Virus record (IMG/VR): IMGVR_UViG_3300036845_000765
Location: 1-50,001 of that record
From: a virus
Lineage: Duplodnaviria > Caudoviricetes
DNA: 50,001 nt
Reading direction: 5' to 3' (one strand)
A program made the translations under genes and the position numbers. Below, in pieces: positions 18,790-28,595 of this stretch. Under the pieces are notes generated by a model that saw nothing but the letters and a program-made list of their open reading frames with translations, did not search any database and was not told the DNA's origin. Position 1 is the stretch's first letter; every line of letters begins with the position of its first letter.

Positions 18790-20748
18790 GGTTAGTTCAT
18801 CCTTCCCTGGGCTAGGGCAGTAATGATCCGCTCATTCATCTTGTAGTTCTCGGAAATGGTCAGCCAGCCCATCGCCAGACGAGTGTTGCGATCCCCACCC
18901 TCGGCTTGGAGTAGGTGGGCCATCATGGCTGCGTCTTCTTGGAGTTCGCGGAGTCGGTCGAGCATTTTGAGATAAGTGATCCCGATGGTGGGGAGACCTG
19001 CGGTGGTTTCGTAGTGGAAGGGCATAGGGCAGCTTCCTGTGGTTGGTATAATGAGGACAGACTAGCTTGGTCAGAGTAGGTGGCGATGATTTCTGGGATG
19101 AGCAAAGCTTCGATCCGCGCTGACTCCGCTTTCATTCGAACTTCGGTGATGGCCCAGGCACGGTTGACTGCGGAGCGGAGTTGGTCGGCAGAGCCAGAGG
19201 TTTGCATTTGGTAGATGAGTTGGTCGAGTTCGCGGAGGGAGCGGACTAGCTTGGTGATGTTGTCTTCTCGAGCTTTGGCTATGCTATTATGCTCTGAGTT
19301 GCTTAATGCCCACTGTTCACTCAACTTACGATTCAGTATGTGCAGATAAGCGTTGTCTTCCTCGAGCTTAGCTATCCTCGCCTTCGCCTTTCGGCCGAAC
19401 CAGTCGATCATCGGTCATCTCCGTGTAGAACCACAACCTCAAACCAACGTCCTTGGGCAAACATACAAACCAGCCCAGGGAAGTTGCCATACTTCCCTTC
19501 GTTGCGAAGTATCAACGCTCCGTTCTCGATCTTTGCGTAGTCGGCGATGACGGTGCGGGTGCCTTTGACAAGGATGACTTTGAATTTCATCAGAACCTCC
19601 GTTGGATGGTTATCTTCTGGGTCAGGGTGGATAGGTCGAGTTTGGGTCGGGAGATGTCAATACTCCACTCTACTGAACTCGGCTCCAGCTTCTCGGCCAT
19701 GGCGTGCATGGCGTCTTCGATGGCGCTGGCGAGGGTTGGGGCGTCGGCGCAGGATTTGAGGAGGTGGCTGTCGGAGTCGGGATCAGCGGCGGGACAGACG
19801 AGGGAACACCGCCAGTGGTCTGGGGCGAATTGGAACAGCCAGGAGATTTGCCAACCGGTTTCGGAGAGTTCGGTTAGCAGGTCGTCCACGCTGGTCATTG
19901 GAATAACCTTCCCATGGTTGCTAGGCACAAACCAAAGAAAGCACCGCGCTGGTGGATTGTTAGACGGATGACGTCTTCCAGGGTTGCTCGTGCAAGGAAC
20001 TCCTCGATTGTGGCTGGGCCAGCTTGGTCCCCGAAGTATTTTTTGAAGAGTCTCCAAATACCGATGATTTCTAGGATGAATATGGCTAGGCCGGCTTTGG
20101 TCATTTCCCAACTCCGATCCGCTTCAACGTGCTCGTCGCGATATCCATATCCGCCTGGGTCACCCCTGCGGCCATGAGTTTCTGGCTGGTTGCGGGGCGG
20201 GAGTTGTAGATCGGGCCAGAGTGTTCCACGGACCGGTGGGCGCCGAGGATGGCTAGGCATTTGGAGAGCCCGCCTTCGGAGATGGGGAAGCGGAGGATGC
20301 ACGGGGAATGGATGCTGGGGACCTCAGCATACACGTTGTTGTCATCCATCCAACAGCGGATGGCGTTGGGTGGGGCGAAGGATTGGAGGGTGGTGGTCAT
20401 AGAAAGCCTCCGAGCTCAGCAAGTTTGTCCTGCATTTCGTTGTACAGCGCATCCACCCGTTTGTATTCGGCATATTCCTCGTCTGTGATTTCTACAACTG
20501 AGGTGCCCATCATGAAGCCTGTGGTGTGCTCAAGTATGCAATAGTCTGGGTAGCGTTCGTCTTTGCAGATCTCGACTTTCATCCTTGCTTTCCTTTCCAG
20601 ATTGCCATGTGCTTCCCAGCATCCCGCACGTTTTCGTAGATTTGGAGCATGCGGTCGGCCATGGCGATTTCGGCTGGGGTGGCTAGGTCGGGGTTGATGT
20701 TGGCTTTGAGTAGCACGGTGGAGATATCGTCGGTGGGTTGTGGAACGC

Positions 20749-21183
20749 TCAAAACCGCCTCCATGGTTTGGGTTTCGCGGGGAGTGGTTGGTGGTTGGTA
20801 TCAGGCCTATGGTTGGTATCACTGCTACTGGACAGACGAGCCTCTGGTTCACCAACGGCCTCTGCGATGGCGTTGTGGAGAGCTATTGGGTCGTCTAGGG
20901 ACATCACGGTAAAGCCTAGGCCTGGGTCCTCCCCAACCATATCCCGATTATCCACCCAACCACCGCGGTCATGGTCCCAATGCCAGCCAGTGTTGACTGC
21001 TCCACGATCGATGAACCTGGGGAGCATCTCGCGATGGCGACAGGTTGAGCGCGAACCAGCGGGGCAGTCACATTCGGTGGTGGTGCAGAGGTAGGTGGTG
21101 ATGGGTTCGTTGTCGTCCCATTTGGTGATGCGGAAGTTGCCGCCGTCACTAGTGACTGATTTGCAGGAATAGAGGATGGTCAT
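20749..21183 (-). CDS. SWIM zinc-finger protein
   Basis: CDCPAGSRSTCRH (CxC...CxH). Confidence 0.7.
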   Translation of the reverse strand: MTILYSCKSVTSDGGNFRITKWDDNEPITTYLCTTTECDCPAGSRSTCRHREMLPRFIDRGAVNTGWHWDHDRGGWVDNRDMVGEDPGLGFTVMSLDDPIALHNAIAEAVGEPEARLSSSSDTNHRPDTNHQPLPAKPKPWRRF

Positions 21184-22404
21184 ACGAATAAGCCTTCCCG
21201 ATCTTTCTTGTATACGTACACATCTTCACAGGTCTCACTATCGATTATTTCTATACCTCCACAATACTCGATATCGAACTTGTCCGCTTCTCTGAAGGCT
21301 TCATCACAAGAATCATACGACCCTTTGTAATCAGACCATCCACCCCCTGGATAGTATGCTTCGTAAGCGAATACGATGTATCGCTTTAGTTTGATTGTAT
21401 TGGTCATGGCTTAGGGAGCCCTTTCGGGTTGTGGCAGGTAATGCACGCGATGTGCTCATGCGCAGGTGCCCAAGGTGCCCTGAGCCATCCTATGTCTAGG
21501 CAAGACCAACATGGCTCGGGCTGCTCAGGCTTGGCCGTAGTCTGATACCAGCTCCGATCAATAAACTCTCGCTGGTTGCTGGCTGGGGTGCAGTCTGGGT
21601 CGAAGCCGAGATCGATCATGTCTCGTCCTCCCAAGGCATCTTTGGCATGGAGGGTTTGATACGGTTGGCACGTCGTGTGGTCTCCGCTCGGACACGGACC
21701 AATGCAATCGGGGTGTCGGTTAGGGATCTGAGCTTTGGGTTAATACCTACTCGTGTGGGTTGTGGGTTGTGGGTCGCTGCACGGCTATAAGCAGCCTTCT
21801 GTCTACGCCATCTGTCGATCAGATCAGTCACCATAAGCCCATCCTTCCTTGCGTTCGTCGTCGATGTCGCGTTGGATTGCAGAGCGGGTGTCACGTTGAG
21901 GTTCTAGGCAGTATTGGTCCCACTGGGCTTGGGTCATTGGGAATTGGTAACCGTAGTGTTGAAGGAACCATTCCGAGTATATGGTATAGGTGTTCACCGA
22001 TTGCTCCGTTTTTGCTTGCGTAGTTCGCTGTTGGCGTTGGCTGGGGAATATCCAAGCCGGTCCAGGCATTGGAGGTAGAACCCTTCGCTGATCAGGCCAT
22101 GGCGAAGCCAAGCATCACAGGTTGGTTTGGCGTTGGAGGGATCTAGCAGATCGATTGACATTGGGGATCACTCCGAGCCTGGGGCACGTTTGCGATACAA
22201 GTCGATATCGTGCAATCGCCAATCGGTATCCAAGTCTTGTTCGTATTCCTTGTGCCCGCACTTGGGACAGACTAGGCCGGAGACTAGTCGAACCTGGACT
22301 TGGCAGCGCGGGCATTTCACCAATGGTGCTGGGTATGGGCGTTTCATTCTTGGGACCCCAAAACGAAAATGGACGGACAGCGTGATTTCTCACATTGTCC
22401 GTCC

Positions 22405-22433
22405 ATTATATCACATTATCGCGTCTTTGTCAA
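22405..22433 (-). promoter_or_regulatory. Consensus sigma70 promoter TTGACA-N17-TATAAT
   Basis: Perfect consensus on the minus strand in an intergenic gap. Confidence 0.92.
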
Positions 22434-22462
22434 GCCTTATTTTCCCTGGTCAGGGCTGGTGA

Positions 22463-23386
22463 TTAGGAATACCAGCCTTCGAGGGAACCGCCACCGGCGA
22501 ACCATTCATCTCGGTTGATGGTTGGGTAGTCGAGGGCGGAGTAGGATAGACCGGCGTAGGGCTTAGGCTGCCCTTGTTCGATGCCAGCCGTGGCAGATGG
22601 CGCAGAACCAGGGGGCTCCCCAACGAAAGGGGGTGGGGATGCCTGTTCGTGGTTGGTATCACTGTTGGTATCACTGCTGCTTGGCACGGATCCGATCGGC
22701 GCAGAGTCCTGTGAGCCAACAGATTGGGATTGGACAGTTGGCAATGGGGAGCCAGTTTGCGGTTCGACAATAGGGTCCACCGGTTCCCTATCCTCCCGAA
22801 CAGACACCAAGGGTTCGACAGATGGGGACGACGAGACAGGCTCCGAGGCGACAGGCTGGGAGAGGGGAGGGCTCTGAGGGTCGAGATAGGTAAACGCGGC
22901 GGGGTCTGGGGGGACCGTCGAAGGCTCGCTTGACGGCTTCTGCCAAGTCCCCCCAACGTCCGGATAGGTCGTAGGGAGAGGGGCACTCTCACCCTCGATT
23001 GGGCCAGACACGGCCTGGGTTGGCTGACCAGCGGCCAACGACTGGGGGTCCATACTGGTACCAGCCTGTGGCTCCCCCAACGTTGTGGGCTCTGCAGGCT
23101 TCACCGGCTCCAACGTCGCCAGAGCAGCCTTGATATGCCCAATCGCGTCATTCGCCACCAGTTCGCGAAAGGATGCTTGGTCCCTCTCCTCCCGAAGCGA
23201 GACCACTTCCCCAGCCAACTCGCTGATCTTGGCTTGGAGACTGTCAATAATCGACTGGCGATCATCAATTGTATCCTTCAGCCGACCAACATTGGCTTCA
23301 TGGTCGGCAATGGTCCGCAGATATTCCGGTTCGGCCTGCTGGGCGCGATAGGCTTCGGCAAGCTGGGCAATGAAATCTTGTGACAT
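22463..23386 (-). CDS. Coiled-coil protein with long Pro/Ser-rich disordered region
   Basis: 307-aa ORF with GGAG RBS. Confidence 0.75.
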   Translation of the reverse strand: MSQDFIAQLAEAYRAQQAEPEYLRTIADHEANVGRLKDTIDDRQSIIDSLQAKISELAGEVVSLREERDQASFRELVANDAIGHIKAALATLEPVKPAEPTTLGEPQAGTSMDPQSLAAGQPTQAVSGPIEGESAPLPTTYPDVGGTWQKPSSEPSTVPPDPAAFTYLDPQSPPLSQPVASEPVSSSPSVEPLVSVREDREPVDPIVEPQTGSPLPTVQSQSVGSQDSAPIGSVPSSSDTNSDTNHEQASPPPFVGEPPGSAPSATAGIEQGQPKPYAGLSYSALDYPTINRDEWFAGGGSLEGWYS

Positions 23387-23902
23387 TCGGGTCTACTCCT
23401 GGGTTAAGTGGACTTTGCCTTTCGGGTCTTGGCGTTTTCCACTTCTTGGGGATGGGGTGCGCGGTTACTTGGAGAACTCCTCGGTAGCCTGGGCTATGAT
23501 CTCGTTGATCAAGAGTTGTAGTACAAACACGCTGTCGGGAGGTGTCAGTACTGGGAACTCAGTGACCAGCACCTCCGCAATCCGGTCAGCACAACGCTTG
23601 ACTTCTTTTGGATGATCGTTCATTGGTTCGCTCCTGTTTGAAAGAGAAAAGCTGGGGAGATCCTGAGGATGTGTAGTGGATCGGCTGTGTGCTAGGGTTG
23701 GTATCACTGCTCCCCGACAGACTAGCTTCTTCGCACCGTTCCCTCATTGCTCTCCCCAGTTGGCACTGCTGGCGCCGGGTTCAGTTCAGGTCATTCCCCC
23801 AGTGATACGCGGTTCGGATAGGCGTTCCGTTTCTCACTGGGGGTAGGGGGAAGGGGAGGCATGGGCCTAGGGTTGGTATCACACCTATGCCTCCCCGACA
23901 GA

Positions 23903-24622
23903 CTAGTGCGCAGTATGCCCGTGGCTCACCGCTTCCGTCTTCGGCTTGGCCCTGGAAGCCACCTTGCCAGACTGCTTGGCAGAGAGAGGAGCACCCTCCC
24001 CGTCAGCCTTGGCTTTGCGGCCTCCCTTCGGCTTGGACTTGACATCCGCACCACTTTCCTCTTTGGCCTTGAACAAGTCCTTGAGGTTCAGCGGAATGCT
24101 GGTCTTGGCATCGGCAGCGCGCTCGTCAAGATTGGCTTGCGCCTGCTTGAGCAACCGCGGATTGCCGGCAAGGACTTCCTTGGCATACGCTGTGATCTCA
24201 GAGGCTTTGTAGGCGTTTTGCTTATGGCCGATGGACCGGATGTGGTCCTTGACCATTTCCTTGGCGAGACGCATCGCCTCGGTCTGCAACGCCCCGGTGA
24301 CTTTGTCGGCGCCGCTGGCTTTCTTGCCTTTCAGAGACCCGGCCTTGAGATCGGCAAGGTTCTTCTTGGCTTGGGTAACCACTGCGGCTTCGATCTTCAC
24401 CTTCTCTTCCGGTGAGGCTTTGGTATGGCCGGTGATTTTGGACATCCCAACCGTGTTGATGATTGCTTCCAGGCCTTTCTGGAAGATATACGCACAGGCT
24501 TCGTCGGACAGGGAGGTTGAGTCAACCTCGATCGTCCCTGCTTTGAACTTCAGCTCGATAGTGTAAGTGGTTTTCTGAACCACCTCCGGGGAGCTGTCTT
24601 CGCTAACCGTCACGTCTGACAT
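23903..24622 (-). CDS. Lys/Ala-rich early protein, possibly DNA-binding
   Basis: Long ORF with a basic low-complexity C-terminal tail. Confidence 0.7.
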   Translation of the reverse strand: MSDVTVSEDSSPEVVQKTTYTIELKFKAGTIEVDSTSLSDEACAYIFQKGLEAIINTVGMSKITGHTKASPEEKVKIEAAVVTQAKKNLADLKAGSLKGKKASGADKVTGALQTEAMRLAKEMVKDHIRSIGHKQNAYKASEITAYAKEVLAGNPRLLKQAQANLDERAADAKTSIPLNLKDLFKAKEESGADVKSKPKGGRKAKADGEGAPLSAKQSGKVASRAKPKTEAVSHGHTAH

Positions 24623-24723
24623 TCGATGCATTCCTTTGTTGGACGTCTTTGGGTTTGAGATGGCGCTATCGGGAAGCATTGGCTAGGCCACACCGCTTGG
24701 CCCGATCTTTGGTCTTCTCACTG

Positions 24724-24767
24724 GCTTAAGCCGGGTAAGGGATTGTTGGTCCCTGCCCGGCGTAAGC
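24724..24767 (-). promoter_or_regulatory. Leader RNA hairpin, copy 1 (possible processing or protein-binding site)
   Basis: GCTTA-C-GCCGGG-C-AGGGA-loop-TCCCT-TA-CCCGGC-T-TAAGC on the minus strand. Confidence 0.6.
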
Positions 24768-24780
24768 GTGATTGGGTTGG

Positions 24781-24960
24781 TTAGGAGATGGTATACCCAA
24801 CCTTAGCGAACTCGCGCTTGAAGTATTCGCGGTCATCCTCGGTCAGCGCCTTGATCTCGGCGGCGAACTCCTGCATGGTCTGGCTGGGCTTGAAGCCGAA
24901 GTAATCCTTGCACGCAGCGATGAAACCCATGGTCTTCGTGGAATTGCTGGCATTGTACAT
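24781..24960 (-). CDS. Small early protein
   Basis: GAGGAG RBS before ATG at 24960; C-rich codon usage typical of this genome. Confidence 0.75.
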   Translation of the reverse strand: MYNASNSTKTMGFIAACKDYFGFKPSQTMQEFAAEIKALTEDDREYFKREFAKVGYTIS

Positions 24961-25007
24961 AGCGTTGCTCCTCGGTTTGCGAGACGGACCGGGTTGTCCT
25001 CTCAACG

Positions 25008-25049
25008 CCTTAAGGCGGGTAAGAGGGAATGTCTCTGCCCGCCGTAAGG
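25008..25049 (-). promoter_or_regulatory. Leader RNA hairpin, copy 2
   Basis: CCTTA-C-GGCGGG-C-AGAG-loop-CTCT-TA-CCCGCC-T-TAAGG; same bulges as copy 1 with compensatory changes. Confidence 0.6.
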
Positions 25050-25539
25050 GAATGATGGTTGGTTACTCTGGATCGACCACCACTGTGAAGACGAATGACG
25101 TTGCGCCTTCGTGCTTGTGAATTGCAAAGCTGATTGCCTCAAGCAATTCCTTGCCTGAGCGATCTTTGCTGTCGTGTTCGTCAATTTCCCTGTCGGGATA
25201 GTTGACTGTCAAATCAAGACCATATTTTGTCATCTTATCGCTCCGTTTGGTTGGTATCGTGGGGGACCTATGGTTGGTATCGTGGGGACAGACTAGCTCT
25301 CAGTTTTGGTCTTGGGTAGCACGCGCTTCACGTTCGCATAGGGGTTGAAGTTCTCCTCGAAGCGTTTCTCGTCAGGAATCACCTGACCTGTCCTGCCTAC
25401 TGTCTTGTGCACCACTATGTTGTCGTCTTCTTGCCTGACCACGACATAGCTTTCGCAAGCCCAATTAAACGACTCACCAACGTCAAAGTCTAAAGCTTGT
25501 GGCATAGTCTCATTCTCCTCTCAGGTTCACCGTCCGACC

Positions 25540-25583
25540 ATTCTGCGCCGTTCCGAGGCGGTTGTCAAGTCACGATTTCGTGA
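25540..25583 (-). promoter_or_regulatory. sigma70 promoter TTGACA-N17-CAGAAT with upstream palindrome TCACGAAATCGTGA
   Basis: Read directly from sequence. Confidence 0.75.
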
Positions 25584-26367
25584 GGCGCTCCAGCTTCCTC
25601 GCCAGCCTTGTCTGTTGTCTTTCACTGGAATATGGATAAACCCTCCGTGGCTTGAACCATCGCCTGGGGATGGCTGACTGGGCAGCACGGAGTTTTTGCT
25701 CTAGGATGGTTGGGAGGGGTTTCATTGGCTCAGCCCTCCACATGATAACGGCTAAGCACGCCTTGGGCTTCATCATAGGGAATGGCAGGGGAGATGTTCT
25801 CCCAAGGATCTCTGGTCTTGGACTTCCCTACCGCCCGCTCCTGCACTCGCCAGAGCCCATTAGGCACACTGACGATCCGATACCCTTCGTTCTTCTTCGC
25901 ATACACTGGGGATCTATTCATGGCTCATCGCTCCTAGGTTTCACCGATACAGACAATCAATAGCCTGACCTACTGCTTGTCTCTGCCCCTTAGGCAATTC
26001 CCCTAACAACACAACCAGCCTTTCACCGTGGTAGGTCACCCGGCAAATCTTAACGCTATCCTCAAACACATCCCAGAGATTACCCACTGGGCAGTGCAGG
26101 ACTTCAACAGGTTTGGCTGTCAACATTTGGCTATTCCCTTGTTTCACAGCTTCTGCACACCCATTGTTGTACCACAGTTATCACAGTGATACCAATCAAA
26201 GCTCTTGTTGATCTCATTGAGATAAGCATGTGGATGGACAGGCTTGGAGCAATGGGGGCATTCCCCGCTCAGGATCTTGCTGCGCCTGATCTCTCGATCT
26301 TCCAGCTCTTTGGTCTGCCGATAGTTCATACCCATTCTCCTCTCAGGCCTAATCGCCCAATCCGTCC

Positions 26368-26411
26368 ATCCTACACCGCCCCGCCGCCGGCGTCAAATCA
26401 CATTTTCGTGA
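26368..26411 (-). promoter_or_regulatory. sigma70 promoter TTGACG-N17-TAGGAT with upstream near-palindrome TCACGAAAATGTGA
   Basis: Read directly from sequence. Confidence 0.75.
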
Positions 26412-26594
26412 TGCGGAATGGGATTGGGCCTATGGTTGGTGGTTGGTATCACTGCGACAGACTACCAATACTTGATCACAAAGTGCAAGATCCCGAGAGT
26501 CACAGCCCCGGCCGCCATAGCCCAGATAATCAACATCACTCCCATCAGCACAGCCTTGCCCATTCCCGCTCTCCATTGTTTCACCAACGCCTCC

Positions 26595-26623
26595 ATCATA
26601 TCACATCCCGCCGCCATTGTCAA
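26595..26623 (-). promoter_or_regulatory. sigma70 promoter TTGACA-N17-TATGAT
   Basis: Near-consensus; outermost leftward promoter. Confidence 0.82.
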
Positions 26624-26716
26624 GCACAATTTCATCCCATTTCCAGGCCTGACCAGACCAACCAAGGATGGAGATTGCCCTTGGCCCGCTATGTGCCCCC
26701 CACTTGGTTCAGGTAG

Positions 26717-26919
26717 GCCCAAGGTGATACCAACATGATACCAAGGTCAGTGAGCCCTCCAGCCTACCCCTTATCCGGGCCTAGGCCTTAGAGTCATCAA
26801 AAAAACCAAAAAAAAAATCGACCCTACGGTATGTACCCCCCCCCCCTCCGGGTACGGGGTAGCTGGGAGATCCCACGAACCTTGGTATGATCTTGGGCTG
26901 ATCTTGGTACCACCTGGGC
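26717..26919. other. Non-coding divergence centre with inverted TACCAA repeats flanking A7/A10 and C11 tracts (origin or terminus candidate)
   Basis: Lies between divergent promoters; homopolymers at 26799-26817 and 26836-26846. Confidence 0.4.
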
Positions 26920-27076
26920 GGGAAGGGTGGAGATGGGTGGTTGGTGGATTGGTGAGGCAGCTATCCAGCTCATGGGGATCGGTGCAGGTGGAGCTTGGGG
27001 CAATTGGGGAAGGGGCGAGGAATGCCCGATTGTGCGTTGCAATGACAAACTAGTCCCATATTGCTGCACCGCATCA

Positions 27077-27120
27077 TCACGAAATCGTGACTGGACACAG
27101 CCCGACCGATGTGAGATGCT
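27077..27120 (+). promoter_or_regulatory. Rightward promoter TGGACA-N17-GATGCT with palindrome TCACGAAATCGTGA
   Basis: Same palindrome and same 1-nt offset from the -35 as at 25570. Confidence 0.6.
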
Positions 27121-27165
27121 CCCTCCCGTCGGCAACCCGCCGTCGCTGTCCAAAGGACCAAGCAC

Positions 27166-27426
27166 ATGACCCAAGCCTCCCAGCTTTCCCCGACCGAACT
27201 CGCCCTCGTCAAACAGATCGCTGAACTGAAAGCCCAGCTTGAGCAAGCCAACAAGCCCAAGGCGATCACGCTCAAGGTCTCCGAGAAAGGCGCGCTGTCC
27301 ATCTACGGCCTTGGCCGCTTCCCGATCACGCTGTACCTCTCCCAGATCGAGCGCCTGATCGGCCATGTTGACCAGATCAAGGCCTTCATCGCCACCAACC
27401 GCTCCCTGTTCGCCACCAAGGCCTAG
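27166..27426 (+). CDS. Small conserved-looking phage protein (coiled coil plus VSEKGALSIYGLGRFPITLY), possibly nucleic-acid binding
   Basis: AAGGA RBS, own promoter, strongly C-biased codons. Confidence 0.75.
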   Translation: MTQASQLSPTELALVKQIAELKAQLEQANKPKAITLKVSEKGALSIYGLGRFPITLYLSQIERLIGHVDQIKAFIATNRSLFATKA

Positions 27427-27735
27427 CCTCCCTGGTGCACGCTGCACTGCGGTAGCTGCACCGCACCACCACCCCAGGCCTCTCGCCCATCCCGGGCGGG
27501 GGGCCAAAATTTGGCGTCTGCGCGGGCCCCAGTGAAGCTCTCCGCTAAAAATATAATTTTCCGGCGCGTGGATGGGCCGCAGTGTTGCTCCCAGACAAAA
27601 ATATATTTTTCTCATCTCCCCATATAAAATATTTTTTCAAAGTGGTTCTCACCTAGGTCCCTCGTAGCGTCTGGTAGGGGAGATAACTTTGGTTATGGAA
27701 GTTATGAGATTGATAAGAAAAGTTATTGGGGAGGG

Positions 27736-27764
27736 TTGATTTGTGGAGCGAAGTGTGGTATAAT
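27736..27764 (+). promoter_or_regulatory. sigma70-like promoter TTGATT-N17-TATAAT for the packaging/structural operon
   Basis: 17-nt spacing, TG-extended -10, upstream of the terS-like gene. Confidence 0.75.
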
Positions 27765-27802
27765 GCGCAGGTAGAGTTGGAATTTGGCGAAGGTTTGAAG
27801 TT

Positions 27803-28480
27803 GTGAACTACGCGCTCCACAGAGGTAGACTGGCTACTGCGCCGAGGATACTAGAGGTTCGCCCGTTGGTTCGGGAGGACCTCGCTGTCCTGCGGCAGAG
27901 GCGTGCGCCGTCGGGAAGGATCAAAGCGTTCCGGAATCATCACCATCGTCTGGCGAAGCTGGTCGCGGCTGGGTTGAAGCGGGCGCAGATTTGTGAAGTC
28001 ATGGGGATCAGCTACTCCCGGCTGAGCCAGTATGAGTCCGATCCGGCTTTCCAGAACTTGGTTGCCCAGTATCGTCCCGAGATCGACGCGGAAGATCAGA
28101 AAGAGATTGACGAGTATCGATCTCTCAAACTCGACAACATGATCCGGGCCGAGCGCCAGATCGGCGAACAGCTCGAGCGAGCGGAGGAAGAGGACGAACC
28201 AATCGCTCTCCGCTCGCTCCTTGCCATTTCCTCCGACGGCGCGGATCGCCTGGGCTATTCCAAGCATTCTCGCCAAACCACTGAAATCCTAGACTTCGCC
28301 AAGATCATGGAACAGAAAATGTCCCTGCTTGGCAAAGGCGTTGTGATTGATGCTGACCGACAGCCCACGGTTGAATCAATCACCGGCGATGGAGGCTCAC
28401 CCACCGGCTCCTCTCCTCCATCGCCGCCCAAACTCACTGGTGAGACGACGCGCCAGCGGGTCCGGGGAGGGGAGACATGA
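27803..28480 (+). CDS. Putative terminase small subunit (HTH)
   Basis: HTH-like AQICEVMGISYSRLSQYESDPAF; immediately upstream of terL. Confidence 0.6.
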   Translation: MNYALHRGRLATAPRILEVRPLVREDLAVLRQRRAPSGRIKAFRNHHHRLAKLVAAGLKRAQICEVMGISYSRLSQYESDPAFQNLVAQYRPEIDAEDQKEIDEYRSLKLDNMIRAERQIGEQLERAEEEDEPIALRSLLAISSDGADRLGYSKHSRQTTEILDFAKIMEQKMSLLGKGVVIDADRQPTVESITGDGGSPTGSSPPSPPKLTGETTRQRVRGGET

Positions 28481-28595
28481 TCGCGCGATGTGGTTATTCG
28501 GGTCATCACATTTCGCTCGCCGATCTGTTTCCCCTTTTCGGTTTAGTCTGTCCTCATTATACCAAGCTTGATACCAACCATAGGTCCCAATCATA

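Larger units (their letters stand above)
16727..22347 (-). other. Dense array of about 22 small, mostly translationally coupled early/middle hypothetical genes
   Basis: Consecutive short minus-strand ORFs with ATGA/TGATG overlaps and GGAG-type RBSs, including ORFs missing from the track (17693-17857, 22168-22347). Confidence 0.75.
25063..26563 (-). other. Cluster of small earliest genes (e.g. 25063-25233, 25293-25505, 25730-25921, 25941-26147, 26144-26335)
   Basis: Short ORFs, several with GGAG/GAGAGG RBSs, downstream of sigma70 promoters. Confidence 0.6.

Noticed and set aside
17189-26464. CRISPR array or mini-array made of the GTTGGTATCAC repeats
   Set aside because: Repeats are 10-12 nt, dispersed or directly tandem, with no regular unique spacers; the Cas4-like gene sits in an ordinary recombination module.
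26824-27615. 263-aa minus-strand ORF in the control region
   Set aside because: Antisense to the well-formed 27166 gene, runs through promoters and homopolymers, and has implausible composition.
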